This document shows positions 47,107 to 56,132 of a DNA stretch of 64,000 nt, piece by piece. The number at the start of each line of letters is the position of its first letter. Position 1 is the stretch's first letter. Made by a program: the position numbers and the translations under genes. The stretch covers positions 32,001 to 96,000 of the forward strand of contig CAXXMU010000005.1 of NCBI GenBank assembly GCA_963667785.2, written 5' to 3'. The DNA is from Alphaproteobacteria bacterium. GTDB taxonomy: Bacteria > Pseudomonadota > Alphaproteobacteria > UBA828. The notes under the pieces are model-generated. The model was given only the letters and a program-made list of their open reading frames with translations. It did no database searches and was not told the origin of the DNA.

Positions 47107-47868
47107 CTAATACTGCACGCGCTGGGTGATACCGCCGTCCACCACCAGGTTCGCGCCTGTGGTGAAGCCGGAGACCGGGCTCGCGAGGAAGGCGACCGCA
47201 TCGGCCACCTCCTCGGGCGTGCCCATCCGGCCGGTGGGGTTGCGCGCGAGCGCCGCCTCGTAGGCCTCGGGGTCGTTCTGGCGCCGCTGGTCCCAGACCC
47301 CGCCCTCGAAGAAGATCGTGCCCGGCGAGACGCAATTCGCGCGGATGCCCTGGCCGGCGAGCGCGTTGGCGAGGTTGGAGGTGTAGTTGATGAGGGCGGC
47401 CTTGACCGAGTTGTAGGGCCGCACGCCACCGAAGCTCTCCACGCCCGCCGTGCTGGAGACGGTGACGATGGCCGGCGCTTCCGACCGCTCGAGGTGCGGC
47501 ATGGCGGCGTCGACCGTGCGCACGGTGCCGAGCACGTCGACCTCGAATCCGGCCCGCCACGAGGCTTCGTCCGGCGATCCGGCCAGCGCGCTCACGTTGG
47601 CGACCACGATGTCGATGCCGCCGAGCTCGGCCGCCATCGCCGCGATCCAGGATCGCACCGCATCGCCGTCGGCGACGTCGCAGGCGGCGCCGGTAACGGA
47701 GAGGTTCCCGGCCGCGAAGCGCTCCAGCACCGAGGCGAGGGCTGCGCCGTCGCGCGCGCAGATGCCGACCCGGCAGCCTTCCTGCGCGAGCCGCCGTGCG
47801 ATCGCATGCCCGATCCCGCGCGTGCCGCCGGTGACGACGGCTCTCAAGCCGGCAAGTCTGAGGTCCAT
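47107..47868 (-). CDS. short-chain dehydrogenase/reductase
   Basis: VTGGTRGIG, YNSVKAAL, IRANCVSPG, VDGG. Confidence 0.92.
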   Translation of the reverse strand: MDLRLAGLRAVVTGGTRGIGHAIARRLAQEGCRVGICARDGAALASVLERFAAGNLSVTGAACDVADGDAVRSWIAAMAAELGGIDIVVANVSALAGSPDEASWRAGFEVDVLGTVRTVDAAMPHLERSEAPAIVTVSSTAGVESFGGVRPYNSVKAALINYTSNLANALAGQGIRANCVSPGTIFFEGGVWDQRRQNDPEAYEAALARNPTGRMGTPEEVADAVAFLASPVSGFTTGANLVVDGGITQRVQY

Positions 47869-47977
47869 GTCTTCCAGTCCGTGCGTGCAGTGGGTGGAGG
47901 GGGAGCGGGTGCGGCCGCTTCGCCGCGCCCGAGTGTCGGCGGAGGGCGCATCCTTGTCCAGCCGCGGGGCACCGACC

Positions 47978-49114
47978 TCAGGGAGCCTCCGGCACAAGCT
48001 CGCGATAGACGTCGAGAGTGGCCGCGCACATCCCCTCCAGGGTGAAGTTGCGGCGCACGTGGTCCTGGCCGGCGGCCGCCATCTGCGCGCGGCGGGCGGG
48101 GTCCGCGCTTAAGGACTGGCGGATCGCGTCCGCCAGCGCGTCCGCATCCCCCGGCGGCACCAGCCAGCCGGTCTCGCCGTGGCGCACGATCTCGCAGGCG
48201 CCGCCGTGGGCAGACGCGATCGCGGGCCGTCCCATGGCCTGGGCCTCGGCGACGACGCGGCCGAAGCCCTCGGGCCGGAGCGAGGGCGCGGCCACGATGT
48301 CGGCCAGCATGTAGGCCGCCGGCATGTCGGCGCACGGGCCGGCGAGGTGGACCCGGTGGGTCGCGCCGAGCGCCTCGATCCGCCGCTCGATGCCGGCGCG
48401 GTAGCCCGCATGGGCCGCATCGGCGCTGCCGACGAAGAGGCAGCAGAGACCCTCCTCCACCTGCGCCAGCGCATCGAGCAGGGCGAGATGCCCCTTGAGC
48501 CGCGTCAGCCGGCCCGGCAGCAGGAGGACCGGGCGGCCTGCCGGCAGGCCCCACGTCTCGCGCAGCGCGGCGATGCGCGCGCCCTCGACCCGCGCCGGGT
48601 CGAACACCGAGAGGTCCACCCCGCGCGGGATGGTCCGGAGCCTCTCGGGCGGGACGGCGTAGGTCTCGGCGACGTGGCGCGCGATGAACTGGGAGATCGC
48701 GATGACCCGCGCGCCGCGCGCCATGATCCCGTTGTAGCGCCGCTTCACCGCCCCGCCTGCCGAATAGGCGCCGTGGAAGGTGGTGACGAAGGGCCGCCCG
48801 CTGCGGCCTGCCGCGTAGCAGGCGAGCCAGGCGGGCCAGCGCGAGCGGGCGTGGACGAGGTCCGCGCCCTCGTCCGCGATGAGCGCGGCGAGAGCCCGGA
48901 CCGCGCCCGCCGCCTGCAGTGGATTGCGGCGCGCGACCGGCAGCGCCGCGTGGCGGGCGCCGGTGGCCTCGGCGGCCGCCCGGTCCGCCGCGTTCCCCGT
49001 CACGATGATCGAGCGCCAGCCGGCGGCCGCGAGCGCCCGGGAGACGTCGAGCGTTCCCCGCTCCACCCCGCCGCCGCCGGCGAGGCTCGGCAGGACTTGC
49101 AGGACCGTCGTCAT
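47978..49114 (-). CDS. glycosyltransferase family 4
   Basis: GGVERGT, HARSRWPAW, LPGRLTRLKGH, EGFGRVVAEAQAMG. Confidence 0.92.
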   Translation of the reverse strand: MTTVLQVLPSLAGGGGVERGTLDVSRALAAAGWRSIIVTGNAADRAAAEATGARHAALPVARRNPLQAAGAVRALAALIADEGADLVHARSRWPAWLACYAAGRSGRPFVTTFHGAYSAGGAVKRRYNGIMARGARVIAISQFIARHVAETYAVPPERLRTIPRGVDLSVFDPARVEGARIAALRETWGLPAGRPVLLLPGRLTRLKGHLALLDALAQVEEGLCCLFVGSADAAHAGYRAGIERRIEALGATHRVHLAGPCADMPAAYMLADIVAAPSLRPEGFGRVVAEAQAMGRPAIASAHGGACEIVRHGETGWLVPPGDADALADAIRQSLSADPARRAQMAAAGQDHVRRNFTLEGMCAATLDVYRELVPEAP

Positions 49115-49236
49115 TCGACTATCCGCGTCGTCCGGGCGCGCGCCGGCGCGTGGCCTCGCGCGCCTTCTCTCTGATTGTGCATCCGGTCTGGCGGCCTTCG
49201 GTCGGGCACGGGCCGGCAGCGGAAGCGAGCGACACC

Positions 49237-50025
49237 ATGCAGAACCCCCCACCGCCATCGCTGCTGCGGCGCGCCGGCCGCGAAACCATCGCCTACCGCA
49301 GGGTGGACGGCAAGGAGCCGGGCGTGATGTTCCTCGGCGGCTTCATGTCGGACATGACCGGCACCAAGGCCCAGGCGCTGGAGGCCCACTGCCGGCGCAC
49401 GGACCGCGCCTTCGTGCGCTTCGACTATGCCGGCCACGGCGCGTCCGAGGGCGCATTCAGCGACGGCACCATCGGCGCGTGGCGGGACGATGCGCTGGCG
49501 GTGCTGGACCATGTCGCCCAGGGGCCGCAGGTGCTGGTGGGCTCCAGCATGGGCGGCTGGCTGATGCTTCTCGCGGCGCTGGCGCGGCCCGAGCGGGTCG
49601 CGGGCCTCGTCGGCGTCGCCGCCGCGCCGGATTTCACCGAGGACCTGATCTGGTCCACGCTCGAGGGCGATGCAAGGCAAACCCTCGTCGAGACCGGCGC
49701 CATCGTGCTCCCCTGCGACTACGGCGAGGACCCCTATCCGGTCACCCTGCGCCTGATCGAGGAGGGCCGCGATCACCTCCTGCTGCGCGCGCCCATCACG
49801 CTCGACTGCCCGATCCGCCTGCTGCAGGGCATGCGCGACGAGGACGTGCCCTGGCGGACCGCGCTCACGATTGCCGAGAAGCTGGCGAGCGAGGACGTGG
49901 CGGTCGAGCTGGTCAAGGACGGCGATCACCGCCTCTCGCGGGAGCGCGACCTCGCCCGCCTCTGCGCGGCGGTCGACGCCGTGGCCGGCACCGGCCCCTC
50001 TTCAAATCCTGGTGAGCGCGCCTGA
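49237..50025 (+). CDS. alpha/beta hydrolase (ABHD10-like)
   Basis: GGFMSDMTGTKA, GSSMGG nucleophile elbow, DGDHRLS. Confidence 0.9.
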   Translation: MQNPPPPSLLRRAGRETIAYRRVDGKEPGVMFLGGFMSDMTGTKAQALEAHCRRTDRAFVRFDYAGHGASEGAFSDGTIGAWRDDALAVLDHVAQGPQVLVGSSMGGWLMLLAALARPERVAGLVGVAAAPDFTEDLIWSTLEGDARQTLVETGAIVLPCDYGEDPYPVTLRLIEEGRDHLLLRAPITLDCPIRLLQGMRDEDVPWRTALTIAEKLASEDVAVELVKDGDHRLSRERDLARLCAAVDAVAGTGPSSNPGERA

Positions 50026-50099
50026 CGGCGCTTTGCAGCGCGTCCTGCGGCCACTATCTATGGCGCAGCAGGCGGTTGGCAGACACCGGAGCAACGGCC

Positions 50100-50681
50100 A
50101 TGACCTCAATCCGCATCCTCGGGCGGCTCGCCGCCGCCCTCGTCATCGTCGGCATCGCCGCGCACGGCGGCAGCCTGCTTGCAGCCGACACGGAGGCCCT
50201 CCGCGCGCTCGACCAGCGGGTGGACGGGAGCCCCGTCCTCAACCTGGTGGTGCCCGACGGGCCGCTGGACGTGCCGCCGCTGGCCTTCACCGACGAGGCC
50301 GGCGAGACGAGGAGCGTCGCCGATTTCCGCGGCACGCCCGTCGCCGTGCATTTCTGGGCCACCTGGTGCTTCCCCTGCCGCGCCGAGATGCCGACGATGG
50401 ACGCGCTTCAGCGCGAGTTCGGCGACACGCTCGTCATCCTGCCGCTCTCGCTCGACCGGGACGGCGCCGAGCTGGTGCGCTCCTACTACGACGACCACGG
50501 GCTGACCACGCTGCCGGTGATGATCGACGAGAAGATGAAGGCGGGCCGCGCGCTCAGGGTGCACGGCATCCCCGCCACCGTCTTCTTGAACGGCGAGGGA
50601 GCGGAGGTCGCGCGCGTGCTTGGCGATCGCGACTGGACCGATCCCGACGTCATCGAGCTGGTGCGCCACATCATCCAGTAG
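50100..50681 (+). CDS. TlpA/ResA-like thiol:disulfide oxidoreductase
   Basis: Signal/TM segment, HFWATWCFPCRAEMP. Confidence 0.9.
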   Translation: MTSIRILGRLAAALVIVGIAAHGGSLLAADTEALRALDQRVDGSPVLNLVVPDGPLDVPPLAFTDEAGETRSVADFRGTPVAVHFWATWCFPCRAEMPTMDALQREFGDTLVILPLSLDRDGAELVRSYYDDHGLTTLPVMIDEKMKAGRALRVHGIPATVFLNGEGAEVARVLGDRDWTDPDVIELVRHIIQ

Positions 50682-50726
50682 CGCCGGGCGCCGAAAGGCA
50701 TCGCCGCCGCCGGGTGAGCGACGATC

Positions 50727-51467
50727 ATGGACCTCTCCGCAATCGGCATCGTCTCCGTCTTCGCGGCCGGGCTGATCTCGTTCCTCTCCCCCTGCGTCCT
50801 GCCGCTGGTGCCGGGCTACGTCTCCTACGTCGCCGGTGGCTCGCTCGAGGAGCTGCGGGACGAGGCCGGGCTCTCCCGCCGCCGGATGGCGGCGATGGTG
50901 CTGAGCGCCTTCTTCGTCCTCGGCTTCACGGCGGTCTTCGTGGCGCTCGGCGCGAGCGCGAGCGCCGTGGGCTCGTTCCTGCTCCAGCACAAGACGATCT
51001 TCGAGTATGCGGCAGGCGGGGTGATCATCCTCTTCGGGCTCTATCTCGTCGGACTGATCAGGATCCCGTTCTTCGAGCGCGAGATGCGCTTCGCGGGCCG
51101 CGTCACGGGCGGCCGGCCGGCGAGCGCGTTCCTGCTGGGGGCGGCCTTCGCCTTCGGCTGGACGCCCTGCATCGGCCCGGTGCTGGGCGGCATCCTGACG
51201 CTGACCGCCACCAGCGCCGATGTCGGCCAGGGCGTCGCGCTGCTCACGATCTACTCGCTGGGGCTCGGCGTCCCCTTCCTGATCGCGGCCGCGTTCACCG
51301 GCTTCTTCCTGCGCCACATGCGGCGCATCCGCCGGGTGAGCAGGCCGCTGCAGATCGGCGCCGGCGTTATCCTCGTGGCGATGGGGATAGCCCTCATCAC
51401 CGGCTATCTCAGCTCCGTCGCCTTCTGGCTGCTGGAGGCCTTCCCAGCACTCTCCACGATCGGCTAG
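50727..51467 (+). CDS. ccdA: cytochrome c biogenesis protein CcdA
   Basis: SFLSPCVLPLVPGY, FGWTPCIGP. Confidence 0.93.
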   Translation: MDLSAIGIVSVFAAGLISFLSPCVLPLVPGYVSYVAGGSLEELRDEAGLSRRRMAAMVLSAFFVLGFTAVFVALGASASAVGSFLLQHKTIFEYAAGGVIILFGLYLVGLIRIPFFEREMRFAGRVTGGRPASAFLLGAAFAFGWTPCIGPVLGGILTLTATSADVGQGVALLTIYSLGLGVPFLIAAAFTGFFLRHMRRIRRVSRPLQIGAGVILVAMGIALITGYLSSVAFWLLEAFPALSTIG

Positions 51468-51641
51468 AGGGTTTCCGTTTCGGACGGAAACCCTCTAGCC
51501 CTTTTTCGCTCACGGCAGCCGGCTTGAAGCCGGCGCCGTCGCGCGTCCACGCGCGCGGAGCGCACGATGCGAGCGCGCCGCATAAGCGGCGGGCCGCGGT
51601 CGCGGCCTGTCGCGAGCCCGCCGAATGCGGCCTCGCTCTAG
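51464..51641. repeat. CTAG-bounded structured dispersed repeat, copy 2 (its 5' hairpin probably terminates ccdA)
   Basis: CTAGAGGGTTTCCGT-TTCGG-ACGGAAACCCTCTAG followed by CCCTTTTT; homologous to 33991-34139. Confidence 0.85.
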
Positions 51642-52543
51642 GGTGTAGCGCTGCCGCCAGTGCCTGCCTCGTCGGCGAGCAGGGCGGCGAGGCCGGCGCG
51701 GTAGTCGGGGAAGCGGAGCGTCACGCCGAGCTCGCGCTTGATCAGGTCGTTCGAGACCCGGCGGTTGTCCGCGTAGAAGCTCCGCGCCATCGGCGAGAGG
51801 TCGGCGTCCTCCAGCGGCGTGAGCGGCGGCGGCCGGGCGCCCAGAAGCGCGCAGGCGTGGGCGACCACGTCCGCCGCCGGCGCCGGCTCGTCGTCGCACA
51901 CGTTGTAGACGGCGCCCGCGCGCGGCCTCGCGATGGAGGCGGCGAGCACCTGGGCGATATCCGCCACGTGGATGCGGGAGAAGACCTGGCCGGGCTTCTC
52001 GATGCGCTTCGCCGCGCCGCGCCTGACGGCGGAGAGCGCGTTGCGCCCCGGCCCGTAGATGCCGGCCAGGCGAAAGACATGGACGGCGAGCCCGCGCTCT
52101 GCGCCGAGCGCGAGCCAGCCCCGCTCCGCCGCAAGCCGGCGCCTGCCGCGCGCGCCGGAGGGCGCCGGCACGGCGCTCTCGTCCACCCAGGCCCCACCGG
52201 TATCGCCGTAGACGCCCGTGGTGGAGAGATAGCCGATCCATTCCAGCCCGGACACGGCGGCGATGGCGTCGCCGTGGCAGTCGAGCGCGGGATCGCCCGC
52301 CTCGTCGGGCGGGATGGAGAGGAGGATGTGGGTCGCCCCCGCCAGCACCCGCGACGGATGGGCGAGCGGCGCCGCGCGCTCGAACGGCACGGCATCGACG
52401 CCCGCTGCCGCGAGCGCCCGGCACCCGGCCTGCGTCCGGCAGGTGCCGGCGAGCGAGAAGCCGGCGGGGCCGAGCAGCGCGCCGAGGGCGTGCGCCGAGA
52501 AGCCGTAGCCGAAGCAGAAGAGCCGCTTGCCGCCGGCCGTCAT
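51638..52543 (-). CDS. NAD-dependent epimerase/dehydratase (atypical SDR)
   Basis: FGYGFS, YLSTTGVYGD, RLAGIYGPGR, FSRIHVADI. Confidence 0.9.
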   Translation of the reverse strand: MTAGGKRLFCFGYGFSAHALGALLGPAGFSLAGTCRTQAGCRALAAAGVDAVPFERAAPLAHPSRVLAGATHILLSIPPDEAGDPALDCHGDAIAAVSGLEWIGYLSTTGVYGDTGGAWVDESAVPAPSGARGRRRLAAERGWLALGAERGLAVHVFRLAGIYGPGRNALSAVRRGAAKRIEKPGQVFSRIHVADIAQVLAASIARPRAGAVYNVCDDEPAPAADVVAHACALLGARPPPLTPLEDADLSPMARSFYADNRRVSNDLIKRELGVTLRFPDYRAGLAALLADEAGTGGSATP

Positions 52544-53724
52544 CGCGGGCCGGGCGTCGCCGCATCGGTCCGGCGCCATTCCTCCAGCACCGCAGGGTCG
52601 CGCTCAGCCGGCGCGAAGCGGGCGCGGAGCGCGTCGTGGTCGGCCTGCGGCGCGAGCCGGGCGGACGCCCAGACCGCCATGGCGCGCACCAGCGGCGAGG
52701 GGTCCGCGAGCAGCCGTCGGGCGGCCGGCCAGACCGCCGCATCGCCGCAATTGCCGATGGCGATCAGCACGTTGCGGACGAAGCGATCGCGCCCGATCCG
52801 CTTGATCGGGCTGCCGGCGAAGACCGCCCTGAAGGCGCGGTCGTCGAGCCCGGCGAGATCGGCGAGCCGCGGCGCCGTCAGCTCCGCGCGCGGCAGGAAG
52901 GCGTGCTCCTCCGTGCGGCGCGCGTACTTGTTCCACGGGCAGACCGCGAGGCAGTCGTCGCAGCCGTAGATGCGGTTGCCCATGGCCGCGCGGAACTCCG
53001 GCGCGATGTGCCCCTTGTGCTCGATCGTGAGGTAGGAGATGCAGCGCCTGGCGTCGAGCCGGTAGGGCGCGGGGAAGGCGTCGGTCGGGCAGATGTCGAG
53101 GCAGCGGCGGCAGGAGCCGCAATGGTCGTCCTCGCCCTCGTCCGGCGCGAGATCGAGGGTGGTGAAGAGCTCGCCGAGGAAGAGCCACGAGCCGTGACGG
53201 CGGGAGACCAGGTTGGTGTGCTTGCCCTGCCAGCCGAGCCCGGCGCGGGCCGCGAGCGGCTTCTCCATCACCGGCGCCGTGTCCACGAAGAGCTTGACCT
53301 CGGCGCCGAAGCCGTCCGCCACGAAGCGCGCGAGCCTCCTCAGCCGGCCCTTCATCACCGCGTGGTAGTCGCGCCCCTGCGCGTAGGCCGAGACGATGCC
53401 CCGCGTGGGCGTCCGCAGCAGGCGCAGGGGATCGTGCGCCGGGCCGTAGCTGATGCCGACCGCCACGACGCTGCGCGCCTCCGGCCAGAGCGCGCGGGGG
53501 GCGCTGCGCCGGGCCGCCGTGCGCGGCAGCCACGCCATGTCCCCGGCATAGCCGAGGCGCAGGAACTGCCTGAGCGCCGCGGCGTCCTCGGGCGCGTCGT
53601 CGGCGCGGGCCACGCCCACCGCCTGGAACCCGAGGCTGCGGGCGTGCGAGAGGATCGCCGCCCTGGCGTGACCGGGAGCGGTCGCGGCCCGCGCCACGGG
53701 CGCGCTATCAGCGCTCTTCGGCAC
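52540..53724 (-). CDS. queG: epoxyqueuosine reductase QueG
   Basis: [48 protein letters not shown]. Confidence 0.96.
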   Translation of the reverse strand: MPKSADSAPVARAATAPGHARAAILSHARSLGFQAVGVARADDAPEDAAALRQFLRLGYAGDMAWLPRTAARRSAPRALWPEARSVVAVGISYGPAHDPLRLLRTPTRGIVSAYAQGRDYHAVMKGRLRRLARFVADGFGAEVKLFVDTAPVMEKPLAARAGLGWQGKHTNLVSRRHGSWLFLGELFTTLDLAPDEGEDDHCGSCRRCLDICPTDAFPAPYRLDARRCISYLTIEHKGHIAPEFRAAMGNRIYGCDDCLAVCPWNKYARRTEEHAFLPRAELTAPRLADLAGLDDRAFRAVFAGSPIKRIGRDRFVRNVLIAIGNCGDAAVWPAARRLLADPSPLVRAMAVWASARLAPQADHDALRARFAPAERDPAVLEEWRRTDAATPGPR

Positions 53725-54205
53725 TCTCGATCAGCATGTCGAGGGCGGCCTCCACGGTCGCCAGCCGGATCGCGGCGCGTGCGCCCGGATAGACCGTGCG
53801 CCGGTGGGAGACCGCCCCGCCCGGCCCGGCGCAGGCGTGGTGCACCAGGCCCACGGGCTTCGACGGCGTCCCCCCGCCGGGGCCCGCGATCCCGGTCACC
53901 GCGACCGCGAGATCGGCGCCGGACCGCGCCAGCGCGCCTGCCGCCATGGCGCGTGCCACCTCCTCGCTCACCGCGCCCACTTCCGCGAGCAGCGCGTCGG
54001 GCACGCCCAGCAGGTCGCGCTTGGCCTCGTCGGCGTAGGTGACGAAGCCGCGGTCGACCACGTCCGACGAGCCTGCGACCTCGGTGAGGCACGCGGCGAT
54101 CAGCCCGCCGGTGCAGGATTCGGCCGTGGCGATGCGCAGGCCCTGCGCCCGGCAGAGCGCGAGCAGGTGCTCGGCGCGGGCGATGGCAGCGGGCGGAAAG
54201 GTCAC
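53708..54205 (-). CDS. CinA C-terminal domain / NMN deamidase PncC
   Basis: [37 protein letters not shown]. Confidence 0.92.
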   Translation of the reverse strand: MTFPPAAIARAEHLLALCRAQGLRIATAESCTGGLIAACLTEVAGSSDVVDRGFVTYADEAKRDLLGVPDALLAEVGAVSEEVARAMAAGALARSGADLAVAVTGIAGPGGGTPSKPVGLVHHACAGPGGAVSHRRTVYPGARAAIRLATVEAALDMLIESAEER

Positions 54206-54687
54206 AGCCACACCCACAGGTTCCACAGAACGACGGCCGCGAAGATGCCGGCCACCACGTCGTCCAGCATCACGCCGAGGCCGCCCTTCACGTGCCGGTC
54301 GACGAGGACGATGGGCCAGGGCTTCAACACGTCGAAGAGCCGGAAGAGCACGAAGCCGATGCCGTAGGCGGCGGGGTCCGCCGGCACCAGCAGCAGGGCG
54401 ATCCACTGGCCCGCCACCTCGTCGACCACGATCGCAGGGGAATCGCGCCTGCCCGTGCGCCGCTCGCAGGCGCCCGCCGCCCAGATGCCGATCGCGAGCA
54501 GGACCAGCGTGGCGGCGGCAAGCCCGATCGTGCCAGCATAGCTCCTGAGCAGCCACGCCGCCGGCAGCGCCAGCGCGGACGCCGCCGTGCCCGGCGCCCA
54601 GCGGACGAGACCCAGGCCGCAGCAGGTCGCGACCAGGGTCGCCGGATGGCGCAGGTCGAGGCGGGCGGCGCCTGTGTCAGCCGCCAT
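54202..54687 (-). CDS. pgpA: phosphatidylglycerophosphatase A
   Basis: [38 protein letters not shown]. Confidence 0.93.
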   Translation of the reverse strand: MAADTGAARLDLRHPATLVATCCGLGLVRWAPGTAASALALPAAWLLRSYAGTIGLAAATLVLLAIGIWAAGACERRTGRRDSPAIVVDEVAGQWIALLLVPADPAAYGIGFVLFRLFDVLKPWPIVLVDRHVKGGLGVMLDDVVAGIFAAVVLWNLWVWL

Positions 54688-55903
54688 CGCCCGGCGCCGT
54701 CGGGAGGCGGACCGTGGCGAGCGCCTGCGCGGCGATGCCCTCGCCCCGCCCGGCGAAGCCGAGACGCTCGGTGGTGGTCGCCTTGAGGCTGATCCGGGAC
54801 TCGTCCAGGCCGAGCAGGGCGGACAGCCTGGCCAGCATCGCCGCACGGTGCGGGCCGATCCGGGGCCGCTCGCAGATCAGCGTGACATCGACATGGCAGA
54901 GCCGCCCGCCGCGCTCGCCGAGCAGCGCCAGCGCATGGGCCGCGAAGCCGGCGGAATCCGCGCCTCGCCAGGCCTCGTCCGACGGCGGAAAGTGGGTGCC
55001 GATGTCGCCGGCGGCGAGCGCGCCCAGGATCGCGTCGACGATGGCGTGAAGCCCCACGTCGCCGTCGGAATGGCCGATCACGCCGCTTTCGTGCGGCACC
55101 GCCACGCCGCACAGCATGAGATGGTCGCCCGGACCGAAACGATGGACGTCGAAGCCCATGCCGACGCGGGTCTCGAAGGCCGCCTCTGCCGCGCGCGCGC
55201 TGCGTCCGTCGTCCGCCGCCAGGATGCGCTCGGCACGGGCGAAGTCCCGCTCGGTGGTGATCTTCAGGTTGTCCTCGTCGCCGGCGGTGAGCGCCACGCC
55301 GAGGCCGGCGCTCTCGGCAACCGCGGCATCGTCGGTCAGCGTGCCGCCCGCGGCGCTGCGGTGGGCGGCGAGGATCGCGGCATAGCGGAACCCCTGCGGG
55401 GTCTGGGCGCGCCAGAGGCCCTCGCGCGGCACCGAGCCCGCGACCACGGCCTCGCCCGGCGCCGCCCGCTTGAGGCTGTCGCTCACCGCGAGCGCGGGCA
55501 GCGCGCCCTCATGGCCGGCCAGCGCGGCGAGCGCGCCGTCGATCACCGCCGCCGGCACCAGGGGACGGGCGCCGTCATGGATCAGCACCAGGTCGGGCGG
55601 CACGTCGGCCAGGCTCTCGAGGCCGCGCAGCACCGATTCCTGGCGGCTCGCGCCGCCGGCGACGGGCGCGAGCAGCTTGCCCGCCCCGGTGTCCACGCTC
55701 CCCCGCATCGCATCGTCGTAGAGCGGCCGGTCGGAAGGGTCGATGACCACCCGCACCCGGTCCACGCCTGGGTGCGCCGCGAAGCGCCGCACGCTGTGAC
55801 CGAGCACCGCGCGCCCCGCGAGCGGCCGGTACTGCTTGGGAAGCGGCCCGCCGACCCGCACGCCGCGCCCGGCGGCGACGATCAGGGCCGCGGTGGTGGC
55901 CAT
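54677..55903 (-). CDS. ispDF: bifunctional IspD/IspF
   Basis: AAGRG.R..PKQY, IHDGARP, AQTPQGF, GFDVH, GHSDGDV, KATTTERLGF. Confidence 0.96.
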   Translation of the reverse strand: MATTAALIVAAGRGVRVGGPLPKQYRPLAGRAVLGHSVRRFAAHPGVDRVRVVIDPSDRPLYDDAMRGSVDTGAGKLLAPVAGGASRQESVLRGLESLADVPPDLVLIHDGARPLVPAAVIDGALAALAGHEGALPALAVSDSLKRAAPGEAVVAGSVPREGLWRAQTPQGFRYAAILAAHRSAAGGTLTDDAAVAESAGLGVALTAGDEDNLKITTERDFARAERILAADDGRSARAAEAAFETRVGMGFDVHRFGPGDHLMLCGVAVPHESGVIGHSDGDVGLHAIVDAILGALAAGDIGTHFPPSDEAWRGADSAGFAAHALALLGERGGRLCHVDVTLICERPRIGPHRAAMLARLSALLGLDESRISLKATTTERLGFAGRGEGIAAQALATVRLPTAPGDGG

Positions 55904-56035
55904 CCTCCCCCTCAGTCTCCGGCGGAGCCGGCAGCGGGGCGACGGCTGGCCGCGCAATCCGTTGCAATAGCGCCCATTTCCCCACCAACGATCCGTCTGC
56001 CCCAGCCACGCGGGGAACCTCGCGCGCCCGACGAT

Positions 56036-56052
56036 GCGGCAGGAATCGAGCC
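56036..56052 (-). repeat. degenerate copy of the tRNA-Thr 3' arm (att-like relic)
   Basis: GCGGCAGGAATCGAGCC vs GCGGCAGGACTCGAACC at 57624-57640 (15/17 identical, same orientation). Confidence 0.5.
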
Positions 56053-56132
56053 TAGCATAGCATCAAGGCAGCGCTCGGGTGGGGAGCGCCCGTTCCGCCA
56101 GGATGGGATCGGGCGGACCGGCCAGCCTGCGC

